The notes under the pieces: generated by a model
The model's database searches: none
Told to the model about the DNA's origin: nothing
What the model saw: the letters and a program-made list of their open reading frames with translations, nothing else
NCBI GenBank assembly: GCA_018985225.1
Contig: JADGIF010000632.1
Span: 1-5,742 of the forward strand
DNA length: 5,742 bases
DNA from: Amoeboradix gromovi X-113
Taxonomy: Eukaryota > Fungi > Sanchytriomycota
Direction of reading: 5' to 3'
In this document: one piece after another, positions 1 to 5,742 of the stretch
Layout of the letters: each line of letters starts with the position of its first letter
Position numbering within the stretch: position 1 is the stretch's first letter
Program-made: the position numbers and the translations under genes

Positions 1-313
1 TAGCACTGCTAGTTTCTCTGTGTAAATTCTCGATCTTCTCGGAAATTAGGACTTTTAACGAAGAATTATAAGATTCGTTGCAATAAACGAAATAAGAGAC
101 AAGTGAGCGCAATTGGTAGAAACATTGATGTTGCTTATTGTTGACTTCCAAAAGAAGAGAGCTAGTGACAATTTTTGTCACTTAACGCCTAGGTAATAAA
201 GGTGGGACATTTCTACTTGATTAGTGTCCCACGGGGCTCTTGGTTGAAGTTATTCGAGAAGAAAGCCATTGTGACACAAGTTACTAGCAATCCATAATAA
301 AAGCAAATGTTGG

Positions 314-319
314 TTTATT
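314..319 (-). terminator. Putative polyadenylation signal (AATAAA) for BEM1
   Basis: TTTATT on the + strand about 10 nt after the BEM1 stop. SKP1 and ALG5 show a similar arrangement. Confidence 0.45.
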
Positions 320-329
320 GATGTTGCTA

Positions 330-1745
330 TCATGAATGAGAAACATAAATTATCATCTTTTCCTTGTTTTTTCGTACAGCATCCCTCAGGGAGACGTCAT
401 CGTGTATTATTTTATTCTCGTGTAATATGGTTATTGGCACTTCCTTGCTTTGATACAGCTTCTCCAATATTTTCTTCACTAAGGATCTGAATGACAAAGA
501 TTCAGGGTTACATCTTATCGCTATGACTTCTTCACCTTTAACTATTTTTATTTTTAAAGACATTTGCGTTCCACTAGCATTATTAGATGTCGTCTCCGCC
601 ATGTCAGTGTAACTAGCTTTTCCGATAGATGACTTTGATCTGTCTCTTTCTTGGCTTTGAAATGCTATAGGCTGCTGTTTTAAAAGTGTCAATGCACCTA
701 TTCTATCACTAGGTCTTAGTTTAAAAAATGCTCTGACTTGCTCCGAATACGATATCTCCAAGGGTAGAGCCAATAATTCTCTAATATAAACATCTAAATC
801 TCCAACCCTACGCTCTGTGACTTCTTTAGTTAATGTTTCTACAGGACCAGCAAGAAAAGGAATTATACGTTTCTTGTTATTTCTACCTGCAGCCTCTGGA
901 AATCCTTGAAGAAGGTTTAAATGCAAATTAAAGAAATCTTCATATTCCCTAAACATTGTACATTCGCCAGTTTCTCTAGTACAATGCACAACAAACTCGT
1001 ACTTCGAACTTATATTTAAGATGTAGCTTGATACCGTGGCTTCTAAAATGTAGCCTAAGTTGTCCAACTCGTCATTTTGTTCCTCATCGTAATCCTCTTC
1101 TTTAATCGGAGATGATTCATCCATCGGTTTTCCTTTTGGTTGGTCCTCAGGCATACTCATATACTTGACCTCATTGCTAGGAAGAGCAGACATTATTGGC
1201 GCTGATTGAATTTTTCTTTTACCCAGGGGAATAGCTTTCTCTTGAAATTTTTTATTTTGCAATTTCCATTCGTCAATAGTAGGTAACGTAACTTGATGAG
1301 TCTCCAGTATTTTACCGGTTTTTGGGTCTCTCACCTCCACGTAACTTACGGGGACAAGTCCCGTAGCAATTCTGTTCATCGCTTTGGCTAGATACCATTC
1401 TTCATTTACTTTACTAATTAACATAATTTGCTCACCATCCTGAAGGGCTAGTTCATCAGCAGTCTCTGCAGCAAATTCATACATGCTGATTGCAAATAGC
1501 GGCGTTAATCTTTGAACTACTTGTTTCGTAAAATAGGATTTTTCCACCATTCCCATAGCTTTAGTTGTAGGGTCAAAAACTTGATAAAACTGGGCATGGG
1601 AATCGTCTACCACCATTACTTGATCACCTTCCTTGAAAGAAATTTCTTGTTTATTATGAGCTGTATAGCTTTTTAGCGCAGTCACCGGGTATTTAACACG
1701 TGGCGATAGATTTGAATGCTTTTTAAATTTGTCAAATATTCTCAT
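330..1745 (-). CDS. BEM1: Bem1/Scd2/BemA-family polarity scaffold (SH3-SH3-CI-PX-PB1), 471 aa, intronless
   Basis: Two tandem SH3 domains (ALKSYTAHNKQEISFKEGD...; SMYEFAAETADELAL...EEWYLAK...GLVPVSYV). The post-SH3b segment LPTIDEWK...AIPLG resembles the Bem1 Cdc42-interacting region. PX domain (MFREYEDFFNLHLNLLQGFPEAAG...RIIPFLAGP) and C-terminal PB1 with the conserved Lys (LKIKIVKGEEVIAIR). Stop TGA, followed by TAG. Confidence 0.93.
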   Translation of the reverse strand: MRIFDKFKKHSNLSPRVKYPVTALKSYTAHNKQEISFKEGDQVMVVDDSHAQFYQVFDPTTKAMGMVEKSYFTKQVVQRLTPLFAISMYEFAAETADELALQDGEQIMLISKVNEEWYLAKAMNRIATGLVPVSYVEVRDPKTGKILETHQVTLPTIDEWKLQNKKFQEKAIPLGKRKIQSAPIMSALPSNEVKYMSMPEDQPKGKPMDESSPIKEEDYDEEQNDELDNLGYILEATVSSYILNISSKYEFVVHCTRETGECTMFREYEDFFNLHLNLLQGFPEAAGRNNKKRIIPFLAGPVETLTKEVTERRVGDLDVYIRELLALPLEISYSEQVRAFFKLRPSDRIGALTLLKQQPIAFQSQERDRSKSSIGKASYTDMAETTSNNASGTQMSLKIKIVKGEEVIAIRCNPESLSFRSLVKKILEKLYQSKEVPITILHENKIIHDDVSLRDAVRKNKEKMIIYVSHS

Positions 1746-1933
1746 TGAAAAATTGAGTGGACGTATGTTTCAGCTTCCAGTTACGATTCATGATTTGGCA
1801 CTATAGCTCAAACTAGTTGACCCTGAACAAGCGATTTAGCGGATTGATAATCCGAACAATTGCACCCGTTAAATGCAAAGCACTTCTATCAAAAGTTGGA
1901 AATCACAGAATGAAGGTCTATAAACGCAAATAT

Positions 1934-1939
1934 TTTATT
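1934..1939 (-). terminator. Putative polyadenylation signal (AATAAA) for SKP1
   Basis: TTTATT on the + strand 2 nt after the SKP1 stop. Confidence 0.45.
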
Positions 1940-1941
1940 AG

Positions 1942-2442
1942 CTAGTTTCGTTCCTCGCACCATTCATTCTCGCGTCTGACTTGTTCCTCCTCTTCTGGAG
2001 TAAAATCGTTTTCAATATTAAACGTCTTTCTAATCTCTTCTGGCGATTTACCTCTTATCATATTGGCAACGGTCTTGCAGGTCACATCTAACAACGGTTT
2101 GATATCTAAGTAGTTTGCTGCGAGAATGAGTTCAAACAACGTACCTTGATCCATTTTACAGAACTCAGCATCCCATTCGTCAATGTCATAGCTGTTCTTA
2201 CTTCGATAAGGAGAAGCCTCGTCATCAGGTGGCAACGGCGGATCATTCCTGTGATGCTGACAGTAGTCTATGACCTTTGACAATATAGCCGATGTCACAT
2301 TTGGTAATGGAATTTCGGATGTTTCCTCTCCAATGTCCTCTAGCATATTCTTAATCAATTGTGATTTTTCTGCTACCTCTTTATCTACCTCAATTGCATC
2401 TCCATCATGTGGCTTCAACTGAATTTTGATTTGAACAGACAT
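1942..2442 (-). CDS. SKP1: Skp1, SCF ubiquitin-ligase adaptor, 166 aa, intronless
   Basis: Hallmark motifs [60 protein letters not shown] and [20 protein letters not shown]. Confidence 0.98.
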   Translation of the reverse strand: MSVQIKIQLKPHDGDAIEVDKEVAEKSQLIKNMLEDIGEETSEIPLPNVTSAILSKVIDYCQHHRNDPPLPPDDEASPYRSKNSYDIDEWDAEFCKMDQGTLFELILAANYLDIKPLLDVTCKTVANMIRGKSPEEIRKTFNIENDFTPEEEEQVRRENEWCEERN

Positions 2443-2487
2443 ATTTGTGACAAGGAGATATGGTCACTTAAATTTATAGTTTCCGTT

Positions 2488-2516
2488 TGGGACACCAAAT
2501 ATAAAAACTAGACCAA
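2488..2516 (+). repeat. ~30-bp repeat, copy 1 (left inverted repeat)
   Basis: Manual alignment to copies 2 and 3. Confidence 0.92.
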
Positions 2517-2866
2517 GTCGTTTTTAAAGTAGGTGCTCCATGAGGAGGAAATACTATTATTAATAAAAGTCCTTTCAAGCCAATTTTCTTTCATTAATGT
2601 CATTCCTCTCTTTATAATAAAACAAGATGACCCACTCTCTTTCAAATAGTGAAGGTCTTTGAGTGTCTATGCAAAAGGTGCATTTTCATTATCTTCTTAT
2701 CACTTTTCGTATAACTTATTTTTTGTTTTCTCTTCTTATTAATCATTGTTTCTAAGATTTGATGGATGAAAAGCTTTTATACTAAAATAATTTACTTGAA
2801 GAAATCAGGTTAATTAAATTTACTATTGGTTAATACACTTGAAAACAATGATTCAAAATATCTCAC

Positions 2867-2899
2867 AAAGTTAGTCTAGTTTTTATATTTGATGTCCCA
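2867..2899 (-). repeat. ~30-bp repeat, copy 2 (right inverted repeat)
   Basis: The reverse complement of 2867-2898 matches 5666-5697 at 31/32. Confidence 0.92.
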
Positions 2900-2964
2900 T
2901 GTGTTTCTAAGCTGATATAAATTAAAGTCAGTTAGTTAAATGCTTTTATGTCATTGCAAACCAG

Positions 2965-3819
2965 CTATTTATTAATGCTGCGTATCTTAAACATGATTCC
3001 AAATCTTAAAATTAATAAATCAACTGCCATCTTTAAAGAATCTCTGATAAAGGACATTTTGCTACCGTCCACTTCTTGCCAAGGGATCCCTACTTCTTTA
3101 ATCTTCAATCCAAAATATTCAGCAATCAAAATCAATTCTACATCAAACAGAAATCTATCGATACGTGCATTCTTGAATATTACTTGAGCTGCCTTTCTTT
3201 TAAACATCTTGAACCCACACTGTGTGTCTTTTATAGTTTTTACACCAAATATATATACAAACAAATGAAATCCATACATCAATATAGATCTAAATGGAGA
3301 TCTTTTAGCTTTTGACTCCTTTGATAAGTGGGCTCTACTTCCAATGACTACATCACACTTTGGATCCCAAATAATTTCTACACAGCTAAAGCTCGCCGCG
3401 GCGTCGCAATCCATGTACATGCAATAATCGCCCTTGGCATTAGACATCCCATGTCTTACACCATAACCCTTTCCTTTGTTTTTGGGAATATCAAGCACAA
3501 CCACATTCCAGTTTTTATATTTTAATTTTATTGCATTCAACTTTACCAAGGTGTCATCATTACTTCCGTCGTTTACAAATATGAACTCTATTTCATTCAA
3601 AGGTATTTTGCAGTACGGTATACTTTTTATTATATCGTCAGTACAAAGATGTAGTCTGTCACTTTCATTATAACATGGTATGATTACGCTCAAAGTCGTG
3701 GACGACTTTTTATACAAGTTAGTGCTTGTAATATTAGGAAGTTCTGGAGTTACGGCATACACTACTAATATCATTATAAGAAAGAAGGCCAAACTAGTCA
3801 AAATTATGATTCCAATCAT
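2965..3819 (-). CDS. ALG5: Dolichyl-phosphate beta-glucosyltransferase (GT2), 284 aa from the first ATG
   Basis: N-terminal transmembrane anchor, LSVIIPCYNE, VNDGS, NKGKG, DxD (MDCD), and the Alg5-type motifs GSRAHL and RSILMYGFH...IKDTQCGFKMF...FDVEL...WQEVDGSK. The ORF-track start at 3831 is a TTG codon. The first ATG is 3819-3817, in GAAAAC-ATG context. Confidence 0.95.
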   Translation of the reverse strand: MIGIIILTSLAFFLIMILVVYAVTPELPNITSTNLYKKSSTTLSVIIPCYNESDRLHLCTDDIIKSIPYCKIPLNEIEFIFVNDGSNDDTLVKLNAIKLKYKNWNVVVLDIPKNKGKGYGVRHGMSNAKGDYCMYMDCDAAASFSCVEIIWDPKCDVVIGSRAHLSKESKAKRSPFRSILMYGFHLFVYIFGVKTIKDTQCGFKMFKRKAAQVIFKNARIDRFLFDVELILIAEYFGLKIKEVGIPWQEVDGSKMSFIRDSLKMAVDLLILRFGIMFKIRSINK

Positions 3820-4107
3820 GTTTTCCTCCAAACACTGGGTTAGAAAATATCAGGGACACACTACGGAAACTATGTTAACATTTAGAAAACGCCTCGAAAG
3901 CTAGAACTAATCGAGCAGATATGCAGCATATTTTATCACTTACACTTCAGGCGATAATATACTGAAAAACTCCTCTTCTTTGATCTTAGTATTTTACCAT
4001 CTCTTAATTGACTTCTATGAATTGAAAGTTTTAGTTCCGCGCAGTCATATCTCGATCCGCAACTGTAATCATGGTGGGAGCGCTAAAGCAACAGCCCTCG
4101 ACTTCAA

Positions 4108-4260
4108 ATGAGTAAACTGTTGATCGCAGTTGTGACTTTTATTGCACCAATAATTCTTTTTGCAAATACTTCCAATGGTATTAACTCGATATTCTTTCAT
4201 CAATTGAAAAGGGTTCAGCTGAAATTTTCAATTCTAAAGATATCGGTAATAAACAATTAA
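4108..4260 (+). CDS. Possible 50-aa small protein with a hydrophobic, signal-like N-terminus
   Basis: MSKLLIAVVTFIAPIILFANTSNGINSIFFHQLKRVQLKFSILKISVINN*, with TTCAA-ATG start context and AATAAA at 4324-4329. No recognised homology. Confidence 0.25.
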   Translation: MSKLLIAVVTFIAPIILFANTSNGINSIFFHQLKRVQLKFSILKISVINN

Positions 4261-4381
4261 CGCGCGCTTCAAGAAAGAAGGATATTAAGCATTTAAAATA
4301 ACTTTTAGCTTGGGATTTCAAACAATAAACTTATTTATTTCATCTTATCTACTGAATAAGCAGGGTGCTTAAAATTTGATA

Positions 4382-4576
4382 TTACCTGAGCAATTGTCTT
4401 CCGTGATTATAGAGCTCCGCATTCCTAATTGATAATTTTTCTATGGTTATATAATTTTTTGCCGGCTGTTGGTCATCTGATGACTCTGTTTTTCTTATTG
4501 TTATCCTTTTGTGCCCTCTAATTTGCTTTTCATAGAGCATCCCACAATTGCTAAATGATTGGGGTTTGCAGCACAT
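4382..4576 (-). CDS. Possible 64-aa hypothetical protein
   Basis: Does not overlap any known gene and has a minus-strand AATAAA at 4334-4339 downstream. No recognised homology. Confidence 0.2.
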   Translation of the reverse strand: MCCKPQSFSNCGMLYEKQIRGHKRITIRKTESSDDQQPAKNYITIEKLSIRNAELYNHGRQLLR

Positions 4577-4647
4577 TATGACGACATTTTCTGCCTTTGT
4601 TCGCCTTGCTGTTTGGATAAATTAGACTATTATTTTCTGTTGAACTA

Positions 4648-5406
4648 ATGCTATTCACAATTTCAGCTTTTTTCAGTTATCTAAAATCGAATGACATTAA
4701 AATCCATCCATTTTCCAGTTTAATTGAGACAAACCTCAATTCAAACATCATTATAGATTCCAATGTAAAAGATTTGCCGGGTTGCGCCAACTCGAAGAGC
4801 ATCTGCAAAATCAACACAGACGTAATCTGGGAAAGAACCTCATTCCCCAACTGCATTGTTCAATATTCACATGAGTTTAATTTTGCTCGCGCAAACGCAA
4901 TTCCCTCTTACAAATCGTTAATATCGTATCCAAAGTTCGAATGCATATACGTAGAAGAGGTGTCATTTCCTATTTCAATTAAGAGAATAAATGAGCTGAA
5001 CACTAGAAGTGAAAGTGAATCTGAAGTAATAACTATTAAAATGATTAAAAGACTTGTTATGAGACAAACATTTACATATGATCATGATTCGCTACTACTT
5101 TTTATAAGAACGTATGAGCTATCAAGTTTTCTAGAGGAATTGACAAAAGACAATGTAGTTTTTACTTCTTATGTGTTGGACGCAAAACTTGTTGTTGGAG
5201 AAGAAGTTTTAATAAGAGGTAAGAAGCACATTCGGTACTCTACAATGCTGATCAAAGAAGAAAATGTGAAGATTGTGGTTTACTTATTCGATGTGATTGA
5301 GTGGCAAATGTCAAGAGTTATATTAAATTGCAACAGGTCAAACAGCTTTATAAGTTGTTTAAACCAAATTCATAGGATTGAGTACGACTTTCAACAAATC
5401 AAGTAA
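4648..5406 (+). CDS. Hypothetical (orphan) protein, 252 aa
   Basis: 759-nt open frame in AT-rich DNA, not the shadow of another gene, ending tail-to-tail with LYRM2. No family recognised and the start is uncertain. Confidence 0.75.
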   Translation: MLFTISAFFSYLKSNDIKIHPFSSLIETNLNSNIIIDSNVKDLPGCANSKSICKINTDVIWERTSFPNCIVQYSHEFNFARANAIPSYKSLISYPKFECIYVEEVSFPISIKRINELNTRSESESEVITIKMIKRLVMRQTFTYDHDSLLLFIRTYELSSFLEELTKDNVVFTSYVLDAKLVVGEEVLIRGKKHIRYSTMLIKEENVKIVVYLFDVIEWQMSRVILNCNRSNSFISCLNQIHRIEYDFQQIK

Positions 5407-5407
5407 A

Positions 5408-5626
5408 TCATCTCATTTTACTTATACGCACCATAGATTCAAACTTTTTCAATTCAGAATTACCCAATCTTTGCAGAAATTTAATCTTTTCCAAATTAAT
5501 CTCATTTTTATGCTGTTTAAACTCACTTCTTATATAACATCGAGTCTCTATATCTGGTGAGAGTCTCATGAATTTCTTATAAATGTTTAAAGTTTTTTGG
5601 CGAAGGATAAAATGTTCCAAATTCAT
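5408..5626 (-). CDS. LYRM2: LYR-motif protein, LYRM2-like (mitochondrial), 72 aa
   Basis: N-terminal LEHFILRQKTLNIYKKFMR resembles the LYRM2 pattern L..F..RQ.VL.LYR, with LYR varied to IYK. Downstream IRSEFKQHK carries the conserved EF, followed by IKFL...G..ELK. Start context GAAACA-ATG. Confidence 0.8.
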   Translation of the reverse strand: MNLEHFILRQKTLNIYKKFMRLSPDIETRCYIRSEFKQHKNEINLEKIKFLQRLGNSELKKFESMVRISKMR

Positions 5627-5660
5627 TGTTTCAAAAGCGTTCAGCTTTTGATACGAAATA

Positions 5661-5742
5661 CACTCGGGACATCAAATATAAAAACTGGACTAACTTTCTG
5701 TAACAACTTGGAACATTATTTAAGAGGCGAGTGGACATTCAG
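5661..5742 (+). mobile_element. Third repeat copy, probably the end of a second element extending past the window
   Basis: 5666-5697 matches copy 2 at 31/32. The flanking CAC (5661-5663) is shared with copy 2 and is preceded by TA. Weaker similarity continues inward (TTGGAACATTATTT vs TTGAATCATTGTTT). Confidence 0.6.

Larger units (their letters stand above)
2488..2899. mobile_element. Putative non-autonomous TIR element (MITE or internally deleted DNA transposon), ~412 bp
   Basis: 2488-2516 (TGGGACACCAAATATAAAAACTAGACCAA) matches the reverse complement of 2871-2899 (TGGGACATCAAATATAAAAACTAGACTAA) at 27/29. The interior is AT-rich with no long ORF. A third copy of the repeat at 5666 shows it is dispersed. 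No clean target-site duplication seen. Confidence 0.65.

Noticed and set aside
2-181. ~60-codon open frame on the minus strand running off the window edge
   Set aside because: No ATG and no recognisable homology, so it cannot be called.
165-240. Sm-like AATTTTTG (170-177) and RNase MRP-like CACGGGGCTC (230-239)
   Set aside because: The Sm-like site is buried in a hairpin and no upstream GAAAGTCCCC partner is visible, which is insufficient to call an snRNA or RNase MRP RNA.
1347-1365. GGGAC-aa-GTCCC hairpin in BEM1
   Set aside because: It lies in the conserved SH3b codons (TGLVPV) and has a 2-nt loop, so it is likely chance.
1942-3819. SKP1 beside a glycosyltransferase as a Skp1 hydroxyproline-glycosylation cluster
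   Set aside because: The enzyme is clearly membrane-anchored Alg5, not Gnt1, PgtA or AgtA. The adjacency looks incidental.
3820-3831. MEEN N-terminal extension of Alg5
   Set aside because: It starts at TTG. The ATG at 3819 has a good context and directly precedes the transmembrane anchor.
2948-3904. Five + strand ORFs of 65-79 aa in the ORF track
   Set aside because: They are antisense shadows of ALG5 with no protein-like features, and several lack an ATG start.
5378-5560. 60-aa + strand ORF
   Set aside because: Antisense to LYRM2, overlaps the orphan's end and has a non-ATG start.
2488-5697. CRISPR-like reading of the ~30-bp repeats
   Set aside because: The copies are dispersed and partly inverted, with no regular spacers or cas genes, in eukaryotic DNA.
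1-5742. Stop-codon reassignment (TAR read as Gln)
   Set aside because: Skp1 and Alg5 end at TAG at their expected C-termini, and no conserved gene has internal stops.

Overview
AT-rich, gene-dense eukaryotic DNA using the standard genetic code. It is most consistent with an early-diverging fungus or fungal relative with a compact, intron-poor genome (inference). Four recognisable intronless genes lie on the minus strand: the polarity scaffold Bem1/Scd2 (SH3-SH3-PX-PB1), Skp1, Alg5 (probable true ATG at 3819, not the TTG at 3831) and an LYRM2-like protein. A 252-aa orphan ORF on the plus strand ends 1 bp from the LYRM2 stop. The main unexplained structure is a ~30-bp repeat, GGGACAYCAAATATAAAAACTRGACYAA, present three times. 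Two copies are inverted and bracket ~410 bp between SKP1 and ALG5, like a MITE with a possible decayed HTH-transposase fragment inside. The third copy sits 40 bp upstream of LYRM2, probably the end of a second element running out of the window. Two copies lie 40-47 bp upstream of housekeeping-gene ATGs and the GGGACA core recurs upstream of ALG5, so a promoter role is an alternative or additional explanation. Other signals are AATAAA hexamers at or next to stop codons, a hairpin and GNGACA cluster at 96-277, and two convergent small ORFs in the ALG5-orphan gap.
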